The notes under the pieces: generated by a model
Database searches by the model: none
What the model was told of the DNA's origin: nothing
The model's input: the letters and a program-made list of their open reading frames with translations, nothing else
Shown here: piece after piece, positions 7,850-17,123 of the stretch
Layout of the letters: every line of letters starts with the position of its first letter
How positions within the stretch are numbered: the first letter of the stretch is position 1
Program-made: the position numbers and the translations under genes
Origin: a virus
Strand: one strand, 5' to 3'
Virus record (IMG/VR): IMGVR_UViG_3300042894_002524
Span: 1 to 64,000 of that record
Length of the DNA: 64,000 nt

Positions 7850-8428
7850 TTAAATCCAGCCTAGAGAATCTTCTAGGCATTTTCTTATATTACTCATATC
7901 AGCAGATTCCTGATATATAATTTCACCATTATGTACTGTCAAAGCACCGTGAAATCCCATTCCACCTTCTTCATAATAAATATGAAAAGAAAGTGTTTTA
8001 TATTCATCTCGACAAAAAGCTTCAGCTAAACTTTCATCACCCGGACCCCAAGGAGTTGAGTATTCCATTACAACAAGTTTCTCGCCCGTTTCTTCAGCTA
8101 CTTTCTTATCGTAATTATATTTTGTAACAAGTTCATCACTAAGAATACAGCCATCGCTAATATCCCATTTAACTCCCCAATTAGCATTACACCAAGAATA
8201 CCAATCTTTATGACCATATTTTTCAAAGCAAAGCTTTTCATTATCTGACCAATCTTTTTCTTCTTTGGTCATACTTGCTGGTTCATCACTGTATTCAGTT
8301 GGCATTGGAATAAGTGCATTAAAAAGACTAAGTTCATCTTGTTTAACAGATTTAATCTTTTCCATGAATTTATCCACATCTTCAGGTGGACCTTGTATTT
8401 CTAATGTGTTCATACACCAGTTAGGCAT
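7850..8428 (-). CDS. DUF1281/YubB ferredoxin-like phage protein
   Basis: MPNWCMNTLEI.G...F.ALIPMP...DWYSW...NWGVKWD...TPW.P...YEE.GM.F.G. Confidence 0.8.
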   Translation of the reverse strand: MPNWCMNTLEIQGPPEDVDKFMEKIKSVKQDELSLFNALIPMPTEYSDEPASMTKEEKDWSDNEKLCFEKYGHKDWYSWCNANWGVKWDISDGCILSDELVTKYNYDKKVAEETGEKLVVMEYSTPWGPGDESLAEAFCRDEYKTLSFHIYYEEGGMGFHGALTVHNGEIIYQESADMSNIRKCLEDSLGWI

Positions 8429-8578
8429 TTTCTTCTTCTTTCTCTTTCTCGAAAAGTTCATCCCAAGATGACTTTACATATTTAACATTTCCATTTTCAT
8501 CGACATATGCTGTCAATACCATTGATGCACTAAATAGTGCGCTATTTTGGTTTTCCATTTATCTTTCCTTTTAGACTT

Positions 8579-8631
8579 ACGCCCGTTGATTTATCTTTAT
8601 TTTTTGGTGAATTTTAGTATGCGCTAAAATT
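8579..8631 (-). repeat. Dispersed 42-bp conserved motif, copy B, plus hairpin ATTTTAG-TATGCG-CTAAAAT
   Basis: Intergenic; gap-free alignment to copies A and C. Confidence 0.8.
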
Positions 8632-8637
8632 GAATGT

Positions 8638-8940
8638 TTACTCTCCGGCTTCACAATAACCACAAAGAATGTCTGGTCCCCACCAAGAACCAATGAATTT
8701 ACCATGCTTACAATATTGGCTTCTATCTGATCTATCCCAATCATATTCATCACCAATTTCATAATCATCATCAATTGCCTGATGGACTTGATTAAGTCTT
8801 AATGTCATTAAATCCATGTAGTCTTGAACCGAAATACCTTTAAGATGAGCTTGGTATTCAATATCCAATGCTGCATCGGCTTCCATTTCCAATTCTTCAT
8901 GTGTTAGCTCACGCTCTTTGTTTTCATATTCCAAGTTCAT
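8638..8940 (-). CDS. Hypothetical protein with a C-terminal Zn-binding motif
   Basis: CKHG...LCGYCE. Confidence 0.7.
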   Translation of the reverse strand: MNLEYENKERELTHEELEMEADAALDIEYQAHLKGISVQDYMDLMTLRLNQVHQAIDDDYEIGDEYDWDRSDRSQYCKHGKFIGSWWGPDILCGYCEAGE

Positions 8941-9178
8941 TATAAACCTTCTCCCAATTTGTTGTTAATTTATATCTAAATGCATAATGATTTATACCAA
9001 TGATTTCTTTTACTTCAATAATTCCATCTTGAACATCAAAAATGAGATTACAATTTTGACATTCATACTGTTCCCAATCAGAAAGAAATGCTTTATCTTC
9101 TGGATTTTCACATATTACATTTTCATGACTGTCAATAAATGTTAGATTTTCTAATCTACATTGAGGACACTTGTTCAT
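8924..9178 (-). CDS. Small Zn-ribbon protein
   Basis: CPQC...CQNC. Confidence 0.7.
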   Translation of the reverse strand: MNKCPQCRLENLTFIDSHENVICENPEDKAFLSDWEQYECQNCNLIFDVQDGIIEVKEIIGINHYAFRYKLTTNWEKVYNELGI

Positions 9179-9363
9179 TTTCTGCTCTCCTTAAGCTTTT
9201 CTATTAACCAAGTTGCTAGGATAAAGTTCGGATGATTTGAATTATTAATTCCAATGTTCCGGGTTAGCCAACCCAAATCATCAAACCTCATCTTTGGTAT
9301 ATCCATATTTTCTAAGACACGGTGTAATTCCGTTCTTACTTCTTTTATTTGTATTTCGTTCAT
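9175..9363 (-). CDS. Hypothetical protein
   Basis: 62 aa; ATGA and TAATG overlaps with neighbours. Confidence 0.65.
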   Translation of the reverse strand: MNEIQIKEVRTELHRVLENMDIPKMRFDDLGWLTRNIGINNSNHPNFILATWLIEKLKESRK

Positions 9364-10067
9364 TAATCCTCAAATAGTTTTAATTGATTAGGGTTTTCTT
9401 TTCTTGTAGAAATTCTTTCCATACCGTTTTGGTCTGTCCATTCATTCCATTCTTCAGTTGCTTCATCGTTCCAATATTGCAAACTATAAACGGCATACTT
9501 AATATCATCATCCTTTGGATATTGTTCACCATCTACATCGAATTCAATGTTCATATTTGCTGTCAATTCATAGTAGATATCTTCACCATAATTTGGAACA
9601 TTAGTGTCGATCATGTTTTCTAGATAATCTGGCAAATCATAAAGGCAACCAATTGCTTCCTTATATAATCTATTGTGATAATCCTCTTCATCATAAACAG
9701 GGTAATCGCTTAGTTTATCTTTACAAGACATAGCTTTTTTAAAAGCATCTGTAATATTGTCTAACTCAACATTGGCTTCTTGCTTTAGAATACGACAAAT
9801 CAAACGGTCAATTGAACCACAAGCCCAATGGCTATAGTTTTCAATTCTAAAATCATCCGGATAATCATCTATTAGTTCTTGAGAAATTGTTTCAAAGTTT
9901 GAGATATCCATAATACTAGAATCTCTTGTTTTATCAATTCCACAAAAACCCCAAGTTACAAAAGTATCTTCTGGACCCCAATAACCAAAATCTTCTGGTT
10001 TGGTTAAGGCATCAGTTGCACAACGAACAAGGTTTTCCGAATATACAAAAGTATCATTCATATTCAT
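9363..10067 (-). CDS. Acidic hypothetical phage protein
   Basis: 234 aa; RDS....SNF...HWACG...LSDYPV.DE. Confidence 0.8.
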   Translation of the reverse strand: MNMNDTFVYSENLVRCATDALTKPEDFGYWGPEDTFVTWGFCGIDKTRDSSIMDISNFETISQELIDDYPDDFRIENYSHWACGSIDRLICRILKQEANVELDNITDAFKKAMSCKDKLSDYPVYDEEDYHNRLYKEAIGCLYDLPDYLENMIDTNVPNYGEDIYYELTANMNIEFDVDGEQYPKDDDIKYAVYSLQYWNDEATEEWNEWTDQNGMERISTRKENPNQLKLFED

Positions 10068-10605
10068 AGTGTCCTAATTCTTGAAGGAGGTATTTTGCTT
10101 CTTCAAAATCAAATTCTCTATCAATATCAATAACTCCATTAGCAACATCTCTAATAACATACGCTGCAGCTATATTTGTTATATTCTTATAGCAATCTTC
10201 ATATTCATCAAGTTCAAAACCAAATTTATCAAAATAATCTGTCCACACAGTATCGATACTTGTTAAGAAAAGATTTCGCCCTTCCATTCCGGTTAGATCT
10301 AACCACTCTAATGCTCTATCTTCAATTGACTTTCCACCTTGAAGAAGAGCAATGGGTTTAAAATTATCTTTCATTGCAGTTGCCCATCCAGCAATACAAC
10401 AAGCAGTTCCACAATCTAAAGGTTCTAGTGTTTTAGTATTCTGTTCACTATTATGAATAATAGGATAAGAATCAGTTGACCAATAAGGTTTACCATTCCA
10501 CATGCCTTGTTCTATTTTTGTAGAAAGCCAATATTGCATTTCAAATTTGTGTTCTGGAAGACTTTCAATGTAGTCTGCCAGTTTTAACATTCTTTCCTTA
10601 TTCAT
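10054..10605 (-). CDS. Hypothetical phage protein (CGTACCIAGW family)
   Basis: MNKERMLKLAD...F.M..W...CGTACCIAGWA. Confidence 0.8.
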   Translation of the reverse strand: MNKERMLKLADYIESLPEHKFEMQYWLSTKIEQGMWNGKPYWSTDSYPIIHNSEQNTKTLEPLDCGTACCIAGWATAMKDNFKPIALLQGGKSIEDRALEWLDLTGMEGRNLFLTSIDTVWTDYFDKFGFELDEYEDCYKNITNIAAAYVIRDVANGVIDIDREFDFEEAKYLLQELGHYEYE

Positions 10606-10704
10606 TTAGATGTCCTTTCATCTGTTGCTTCATTAATCATCATTGCTAATCCAATGAATACTATTGGTACTACAATCAAAAATATAATTGCAATACTAAA
10701 TACC

Positions 10705-11049
10705 TTAATCATTTAGTACTCCTAATTCTTCCATTGCTACTTTGTCCCATCTTTCGGGTAATCTTTTTTCAATATCATAAACACAGATATTAGCTTCTTC
10801 ATTCTCTGTATTCCAATACATACAAACTTCACCATATGTTCCAAAATCATGTTGAAACCATTTTTTCTTGAAGTTGATATTATTACTTAAAGCTTCTGGA
10901 AATAACCTTTCCAATAGACTGATATAAGTATCCATTTCTTTTTCAGCACGATTTTTGTAATCATCTGAACCAACTTGAGCACAAGGCTCATCATATGGCG
11001 TTGAGCCAATTTCCATATATTCTCTCATTAGATATACCTTCCATTCCAA
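10705..11049 (-). CDS. Conserved-type hypothetical phage protein
   Basis: IGSTPYDEPCAQVG...HDFGTYGEV...PERWD. Confidence 0.8.
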   Translation of the reverse strand: MEWKVYLMREYMEIGSTPYDEPCAQVGSDDYKNRAEKEMDTYISLLERLFPEALSNNINFKKKWFQHDFGTYGEVCMYWNTENEEANICVYDIEKRLPERWDKVAMEELGVLND

Positions 11050-11222
11050 TCTTTATCATTATCATATTCTTCGTCATAATCAAGTGAATTGACTTCAACT
11101 AAACTTCCTTCGCAAATTATGCAATATCCAGTCTCTGTCTTTTCGTGATATAACTCACCACAAGATTTACATTCATAATTAAATGTCTTCATGAGTGCAT
11201 TTCCTTTTCCCATAAGAACCAA
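11028..11222 (-). CDS. Small Zn-ribbon protein
   Basis: YECKSCG...CIICEG; real start probably MKTFNYE. Confidence 0.6.
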   Translation of the reverse strand: MVLMGKGNALMKTFNYECKSCGELYHEKTETGYCIICEGSLVEVNSLDYDEEYDNDKDWNGRYI

Positions 11223-11359
11223 TCAATATTAATTGATAAGTCAAGGCTTTCATCATATTCTTCAATTTCTTCTCTTTTGGGGAATTTAATCAAACCATCT
11301 TTTAACCAAAGATTCTCGATGTACTCTTCTAATTTGTTTTCTGGGGTCATAATTTTCCT

Positions 11360-11587
11360 TTATATTTCGTGTGTTACTTTAACAATGTTTTTATCTTTTA
11401 ACCAATGCAATCTTAAAACCATACAATTATATTTGGCTGACTTTTCAATTACTTTTCTAAGAGCTTTTCTTTCTGCTTCTGTTTTAGCAACAGTTTCAAT
11501 TGATAAGCATCCTCCGGATTTCATATTAGATATTTTTTTATGAATATCTATTTCAAACTCATTTGTGAACCTAAGATTTTCATTCAT
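11360..11587 (-). CDS. Hypothetical protein
   Basis: ORF track 11360-11629; likely start MNENL. Confidence 0.55.
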   Translation of the reverse strand: MNENLRFTNEFEIDIHKKISNMKSGGCLSIETVAKTEAERKALRKVIEKSAKYNCMVLRLHWLKDKNIVKVTHEI

Positions 11588-11867
11588 TTCCAACATAAGA
11601 ATCAATTTCCTCTTCTTCATCTTCATCAATTTCTACGAACATTTCATTCCAACATTTAGGATGCGTTCCACTAATCAACATTTCACGCTCTTCTTTTGGA
11701 ATATGCGGAAAAATATCTTGGACATATGCTGTTTTTTCAACATAAGCTTCATGTTGGCGATATGTCATATTAATAACAATCCAATTGTTACACCAAGAAC
11801 AATGTTTTGTAATTGAAAATAGTGCTTTTTCGTGTTCAGTTGTAAAATCATAAATATCAGTTGACAT
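11580..11867 (-). CDS. Zn-binding hypothetical phage protein
   Basis: CSWC...VQDIFP....EEREMLISGTHPKCW; likely start MSTDI. Confidence 0.75.
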   Translation of the reverse strand: MSTDIYDFTTEHEKALFSITKHCSWCNNWIVINMTYRQHEAYVEKTAYVQDIFPHIPKEEREMLISGTHPKCWNEMFVEIDEDEEEEIDSYVGNE

Positions 11868-12123
11868 TTGCTTCTTCTTTCTTTCTATTAAATAATTCGG
11901 GGTTTTTCTTTTGGAGTTCATCATATGGGTTATACCACCATTCATCATATGACGCTACAAATGGATTAATTAACAATTCTACAAAACAGTGAATTCGTTC
12001 TGCATTTGCAATAGTTCCATAAAATAGATCTAGTTCTTCATAACTATCAAATGGACCAAAAAATACTCTATCAGTTGATCTAGTATGATGTAATATCCAT
12101 TGATACTTGGGTTTGTCTTTCAT
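11857..12123 (-). CDS. Hypothetical protein
   Basis: 88 aa, tightly packed. Confidence 0.65.
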   Translation of the reverse strand: MKDKPKYQWILHHTRSTDRVFFGPFDSYEELDLFYGTIANAERIHCFVELLINPFVASYDEWWYNPYDELQKKNPELFNRKKEEANVN

Positions 12124-12428
12124 TATTGTTTTCTCATTTCTTCAATAGCATTTTGCAATACTTCAACACATTCAGTTTCAGTTCCACCAATGTGCCATTC
12201 ATATTTGAAAAATGGAGTTTCTCCTAATTTCCAATCATAAATGGTGCAGTATTTGCTTTCGTTATATTCCAACACCCATTCACAAGTTGTTTTATCTCCA
12301 TCAACAGAATTAGGTCCATAATCAGGTTCACCAAATGTTTTCACTAATTCTTCATATGTGGCTATTACATAGCCTTGTAAACAAGTACCACTTGCGTTTG
12401 CTTCATCTGTTCTTTTAATATTGTTCAT
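12123..12428 (-). CDS. Conserved-type hypothetical phage protein
   Basis: GTCLQG...TYEELV..FGEP...DK...EW...TIYDWK...WHIGG. Confidence 0.8.
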   Translation of the reverse strand: MNNIKRTDEANASGTCLQGYVIATYEELVKTFGEPDYGPNSVDGDKTTCEWVLEYNESKYCTIYDWKLGETPFFKYEWHIGGTETECVEVLQNAIEEMRKQ

Positions 12429-12429
12429 A

Positions 12430-12711
12430 TTACTTTCTTTCTACTACTACTTTAGCTTCATATGAAACCCTCTTTGAGGGATTATCATATGCTAAAGATC
12501 CGGGTTGAGCTTTTGACATAAGTGGTAATTCATCTCTGTAGATAAAAACAACTATACCATTAACTTCAATGTCTAATCGATATCCTTCATATCCAATAAA
12601 ATCAGCAATTGCTTCTTCTACCGTATCAAAAAAGGTAACGACACCATTTTGATTTCTTGTTGCGTATGGAGTATCTTTCATAAGATATTCCTCTGGGATT
12701 TCATCAATCAT
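12430..12711 (-). CDS. Hypothetical protein
   Basis: 93 aa, tightly packed. Confidence 0.65.
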   Translation of the reverse strand: MIDEIPEEYLMKDTPYATRNQNGVVTFFDTVEEAIADFIGYEGYRLDIEVNGIVVFIYRDELPLMSKAQPGSLAYDNPSKRVSYEAKVVVERK

Positions 12712-12913
12712 TGTTTTCTTCTTTCATTTCGTATTGCTCTGTTTCCATTGTTTCATAATCTGTAATTGAAATAAACTCTACAATTTCAGAATCGTTTGTT
12801 TTTTTGCCAATATTTTCAATTGACCAAGCTTTTGCACTTTCCATACTTGAAAAATGTAAATTTTTCATATATTTTCCAGTATCACTAGATACTCTTGTTT
12901 TTGCTATTATCAT
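12704..12913 (-). CDS. Hypothetical protein
   Basis: 69 aa, tightly packed. Confidence 0.6.
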   Translation of the reverse strand: MIIAKTRVSSDTGKYMKNLHFSSMESAKAWSIENIGKKTNDSEIVEFISITDYETMETEQYEMKEENND

Positions 12914-12914
12914 T

Positions 12915-13163
12915 TTAATCCTCCATTGTGTAGTCGTTTGTTACATCTTCATTAATCATAAAGACTCTTTCTTTCATTTTTTGTTCAATGCATTCATCAC
13001 AAATCCAAATAAGCATTTGAGAAAGATCAAATTTGGAACCATAACCACCTTCAATCAAGACTTCAATTGCATCTTCTGGACTCATTAAGGAACTTTTTCC
13101 AAATGTTAAATAAGTAATTTGTTTTCCACAAGAAAAACAAGGACATACTGTAACCATTTCCAT
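12915..13163 (-). CDS. Zn-binding hypothetical protein
   Basis: CFSCGK...GGYGSKFD...ICDEC. Confidence 0.7.
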   Translation of the reverse strand: MEMVTVCPCFSCGKQITYLTFGKSSLMSPEDAIEVLIEGGYGSKFDLSQMLIWICDECIEQKMKERVFMINEDVTNDYTMED

Positions 13164-13531
13164 TATTTGACCTCCAAATACTCAGGGAATTTTTTATAAA
13201 ACAAAAATGTTCTAATCTGATACAACATCATTTGATGTACATAGTTAGAAGCAATGCCCATTTTTATTGCACTGCCTACTCTTTTGTTTTGACTAAGGTT
13301 TTTAATTGCAGAGTCTTTAACTCTTTGTGCATAAAAACATTCTCTATCTTTTTTGATATGAAAAGAATTAATTGTTTTAACAATTTCTTTTCCAATTGTT
13401 TTATTTCCAGATTTTGAATTAACTCCATAATCAGCAGAAAGGAAAACTTTAATTTCGTCTTCCTTCAATTGATATGAAACAAAATCGGGGTGTATTGACA
13501 ATTGATAATTTGTAAATTCTTCATAATCCAT
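13163..13531 (-). CDS. Hypothetical protein
   Basis: 122 aa; SD AGGAG. Confidence 0.65.
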   Translation of the reverse strand: MDYEEFTNYQLSIHPDFVSYQLKEDEIKVFLSADYGVNSKSGNKTIGKEIVKTINSFHIKKDRECFYAQRVKDSAIKNLSQNKRVGSAIKMGIASNYVHQMMLYQIRTFLFYKKFPEYLEVK

Positions 13532-13534
13532 TGT

Positions 13535-13765
13535 TTAATCTCCTGTTTGTAACATGTCTGCTCTAACATTTAAGTCTCGCAGTTCGCTTTTCTTTATCCA
13601 AAAGTAATTGCATTTATGCAATAATGCCGGAGTATAAACTTTCCGGAATTCTCTTTCTCTTTCATCAAGACCAATTCGATTACATACTTCATCTAAGCAA
13701 TAATCATAACCAGCTTCATATCTTTCTTCAATAAATTCATTATTGCAGATTTTACAAGTTGCCAT
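13535..13765 (-). CDS. Small C4 Zn-finger protein
   Basis: CKIC...ERYEAGY.YC...C. Confidence 0.7.
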   Translation of the reverse strand: MATCKICNNEFIEERYEAGYDYCLDEVCNRIGLDEREREFRKVYTPALLHKCNYFWIKKSELRDLNVRADMLQTGD

Positions 13766-13774
13766 TATTTTCTC

Positions 13775-14176
13775 CTATTCCGTTTCGTACAATTTACTAA
13801 ACTTATCCAAAAAAGATTTGTTTATATCTGAGTAATCAAATTCACTTAGATACTCACCAACTTCATTGTATGTTTGTATTCCATCTAATATTTCAATTGC
13901 ATATTTATCTAACAGATGATCAAATGATTCATTTGACATTCCCATACAAAAAGCAAGATTTTCTATCTTTTCGCCTAATGAATCGAGTTCTGTTATAACT
14001 AAGTCTCTGACCCAGCACACTTCATCTAAACCATCACCATAATGTTTACCTTCATCATCACAGTATCTTTCGATTTCTTTTTCTATCCGGCTTAGTTGTT
14101 TACTAAGAATATAATTTAAATCATGATAAGTTTTCATAATAATGTGTGTTTTTAAGTTTGTATTTTGTTGGGACAT
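13775..14176 (-). CDS. Hypothetical protein
   Basis: 133 aa acidic ORF. Confidence 0.65.
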   Translation of the reverse strand: MSQQNTNLKTHIIMKTYHDLNYILSKQLSRIEKEIERYCDDEGKHYGDGLDEVCWVRDLVITELDSLGEKIENLAFCMGMSNESFDHLLDKYAIEILDGIQTYNEVGEYLSEFDYSDINKSFLDKFSKLYETE

Positions 14177-14212
14177 TGGTTATCACCATTCTTTCTATTT
14201 GTTTTTAAACAC

Positions 14213-14242
14213 AAAAAAGGCAATAGGAATACCTATTGCCTT
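14213..14242 (-). terminator. Intrinsic terminator
   Basis: AAGGCAATAGG/CCTATTGCCTT 11-bp stem followed by a T-run on minus. Confidence 0.8.
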
Positions 14243-14273
14243 GCTAATGTTTAGTTTTTGTTTATTGATTAAT

Positions 14274-14636
14274 TTAGATTAACCATTGTATTTGCCATTT
14301 ATGATTGTCCATCTCTACAATCATAATTTCACGATCCATTACTAATTCTTTCATCAATTCAAGTTGAAATTTGATTAGTTCTTGTTTATACTCTTTATTT
14401 AGAACACGAGTAAGGTCATCATAATCTACATCAAAAAGAATTCCTAATTTCATATCTTTACGAATAGCATTACGAGCAAGTGAAACTTTGAGTTTACTAC
14501 CGTCATCATTTCCCCAATAAGTTCTGTTTTCTAATGGAGTATCAAAAAGAGATTTGGTTTTCTTTTTTCCTCCATTTCGACCACGAGATACAATTTTGTT
14601 TTGAATTGAGTTGAGGTTTACTTTTTCGTTAGACAT
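14274..14636 (-). CDS. Basic hypothetical protein
   Basis: Likely start MSNEK with SD AAGGAG. Confidence 0.7.
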   Translation of the reverse strand: MSNEKVNLNSIQNKIVSRGRNGGKKKTKSLFDTPLENRTYWGNDDGSKLKVSLARNAIRKDMKLGILFDVDYDDLTRVLNKEYKQELIKFQLELMKELVMDREIMIVEMDNHKWQIQWLI

Positions 14637-15183
14637 TTGAATTCTCCTTGTTTTCAGCAATCTTATTTTCTAGGGATACGATTTGTTCTGGGGTAAGAAT
14701 TTGATCAATATTACGGTATTCTTCAGGAAATCTATCACCTGTTGATGTATGTGAAGTAATACTAATAACTTCACCATTGTCAAACTTAGCATTATTGTTG
14801 ATAGCTTGGCTCATAATTGGAGTAGGATTACGCTTACGCTTTGGACCAAATACAGCATTAGAATATGCTGTACCATCAGGATAACCGACAGGAAGAACTT
14901 CAACATTATCGTCACGGTTCTCATTATCAATTACATTCTGATTCATTCTAACTTGACGCAAAGCGTGAAGAATAACATTAGCATTGAATTCTTTACCAAG
15001 ATTAGTAATGCATTTGTAATAAATTTCGGAATTTGTAACAACAGCAACTATTTCACAAATGTAACCATAATCATTATCATTATCTGATATTTCTATGCCC
15101 ATCAATTGGTCAACAATAAGGTCATACTTTGACTTTACATTTTGCTCTGGTTTTGTATTTAGATTAGACATAAAGTCCTCCAA
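14629..15183 (-). CDS. Hypothetical protein, first gene of the AT-rich block
   Basis: 184-aa ORF; GGAGG before MSNLN suggests the real start is 15171. Confidence 0.7.
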   Translation of the reverse strand: MEDFMSNLNTKPEQNVKSKYDLIVDQLMGIEISDNDNDYGYICEIVAVVTNSEIYYKCITNLGKEFNANVILHALRQVRMNQNVIDNENRDDNVEVLPVGYPDGTAYSNAVFGPKRKRNPTPIMSQAINNNAKFDNGEVISITSHTSTGDRFPEEYRNIDQILTPEQIVSLENKIAENKENSNV

Positions 15184-15449
15184 TAATAAATTATTTATAT
15201 TTACTTATAGTTACGAATAAACATAAGAATAAAATTTCATATTCAAACTATTCGGAAACTATGAACAAAGTGTATCGCCAAAAATAATGAAATCAAACAT
15301 GGGCCAAGAAAATGTTAGAAAAAACTTTTATTGTGCGCCAGAAAGTAAATCGAGAAGATCGTGATAGTTAAGCTCTTTGTAAATAGTTTATTAAAGCCGG
15401 CGATCAAGGATCGGGAATGCTTGATATTAAATCATTTAATAAAGTTTGA

Positions 15450-15491
15450 ACGCCCCACTGTTTAGATTTACTTTTCAGCGAATTTTAGTAT
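15450..15491 (-). repeat. Dispersed 42-bp conserved motif, copy C
   Basis: Gap-free alignment to copies A and B; lies in the longest non-coding interval (15184-15525). Confidence 0.8.
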
Positions 15492-15525
15492 ACATTTTTT
15501 GGCAGCTCAAGCCTTTTGTAATAAA

Positions 15526-16365
15526 TCAGGTTTTCGGATTAGATTCCGATGGAGGGTCAACCATATTATCCTGTAGGAATGTAATCATTGTTCCCTCATA
15601 CTTTAAGCGACCTAAGTGCGTTAACTTAAAGGAAGGATCAGCCCAAACTTTACCACCGATTTCTTGCCAGTATCTACAGAATCCATAGTCTTCAGATAAG
15701 AATCGTTGTTTCTCTGAGTCTACATATGAATTAAAGAAAGCATAAGTCCACTTCTTTTCTTCATCATCTAATGAACCTGTATCATCGTGATATCTTAGCT
15801 CGGGGTATGAATCAATCATCTTCTCAAACACTGACCTTTTAATTAACATAAAGCCTGTCCCGGCATCATAGATTTCAATTGCACCATTCTCAACAGCAAC
15901 ATTTGTATTATCCTTGTCTTTTACTGCATTAACAACGAATCTTAAACTTCTTTCAAGGAGTTGTTCTGATGGCACTCCCTTGTTTACATTCTCAACTACC
16001 CTATCCCATAGGATATCTTTAATGGGGTAAGAACCAGTAACTATTTCCTTATCATGCCACAAAAGCTTTAGGATATCCTCTGGTTGAAACCCAAGATCAA
16101 CATCAATAAACATAAGATGAGTAAACTCCGGATGAGCTAAAAATTTAGCTACCATATTGTTTCTTGCCCTATTAATAAGAGAGTCTGAGATTGTTGCAAT
16201 TGAGAATTTCAAACCAATATCTTTAAACATCATAGCTGTTCTCATCATTGACATAAATGTTGGTTCAGTAATCATTTGATCATAACAAGGCATAGCAATT
16301 AGCGGGTGCCAAGATTCAATCATTTCATGGGTAATTTCAATTTCTTGTTCTTCAAAAGTAGTCAT
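15526..16365 (-). CDS. GT-A fold glycosyltransferase (family 2-like)
   Basis: IAMPCY...SLINRARN...THLMFIDVD...GTGFMLIKR...LSEDYGFC...H.G; likely leaderless start MTTFE, 7 nt after TATAAT. Confidence 0.85.
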   Translation of the reverse strand: MTTFEEQEIEITHEMIESWHPLIAMPCYDQMITEPTFMSMMRTAMMFKDIGLKFSIATISDSLINRARNNMVAKFLAHPEFTHLMFIDVDLGFQPEDILKLLWHDKEIVTGSYPIKDILWDRVVENVNKGVPSEQLLERSLRFVVNAVKDKDNTNVAVENGAIEIYDAGTGFMLIKRSVFEKMIDSYPELRYHDDTGSLDDEEKKWTYAFFNSYVDSEKQRFLSEDYGFCRYWQEIGGKVWADPSFKLTHLGRLKYEGTMITFLQDNMVDPPSESNPKT

Positions 16366-16381
16366 AGATGTAATTATACAC

Positions 16382-16404
16382 AAAAAAACCGCCCCGAAGG
16401 GCGG
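16382..16404 (-). terminator. Intrinsic terminator with UUCG loop
   Basis: Minus strand CCGCCC-TTCG-GGGCGG-TTTTTTT. Confidence 0.9.
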
Positions 16405-16435
16405 AAAAACAATTTGTTTTATTATTAGTTTTGTA

Positions 16436-16792
16436 TTAAGCTTTTGACTTTACAGTGGTCTTTGCATTGGTCTTAACAGACTTCACTTCTTTAGTAGCAA
16501 CAGAAGTTTCTGACTTCTTTGTACCGGCAGGAATAACTTTAAAGTAAAGAGCAGACTCTGTACGGCTAAAGTGAATCATTACCTTGTAATCAAGCTTTTT
16601 TGCTTGAGCACGAATACGCTGTTGCATTGTGTTAAACTTCTTGCCTTCTTCAATGTTAAGAATAGAGAAGTTTTCACCGTTCTTATTTGAAGAATGAAGA
16701 GCTTCAATAATCATTTGAAGTTCAGCAGATGTTCTTCCTGTACGAGTAATTTCTGGAAAGGTATCTACTTTTGTGATGTTGAATGTTGACAT
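16436..16792 (-). CDS. Small basic protein, probably DNA-binding
   Basis: 118 aa, Lys-rich tail; own promoter, SD AGGAG and terminator. Confidence 0.7.
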   Translation of the reverse strand: MSTFNITKVDTFPEITRTGRTSAELQMIIEALHSSNKNGENFSILNIEEGKKFNTMQQRIRAQAKKLDYKVMIHFSRTESALYFKVIPAGTKKSETSVATKEVKSVKTNAKTTVKSKA

Positions 16793-16856
16793 TTTGATCT
16801 CCTATTAGGTTGATTTGATTTGTTCTGATTGAATGGCTTACGCCCTTGGAATAGAA

Positions 16857-16885
16857 ATAGTATCTGCCCCAACCCCGGCTTGCAA
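16857..16885 (-). promoter_or_regulatory. Sigma70/SigA-type promoter
   Basis: TTGCAA-17 nt-TACTAT on minus. Confidence 0.65.
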
Positions 16886-17123
16886 CTCGGAATCGTCTTT
16901 TTTTCAAATTTATTTATTAGATGATTTATTGTCTAAAAACATGGGTAACAGACTCATTTCCTTTACTTGCTATGAGCAGTTTTGGGTTCTTCAGAATGAG
17001 ACTGCATCTTTGAAATTGTAATCTTGAGAGCAATATTCTCAAGAGTTAACCTTGAATTAATAATGCTCAATTCATTTAACAACTCTTCATAACTTGGAGA
17101 GAAGTCGTGTGTGTGTTCATTTG

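Noticed and set aside
14612-14632. Fourth copy of the 42-bp motif (AGGTTTACTTTTTCG)
   Set aside because: It lies in coding sequence and lacks both the ACGCC and AGTAT anchors at the fixed spacing.
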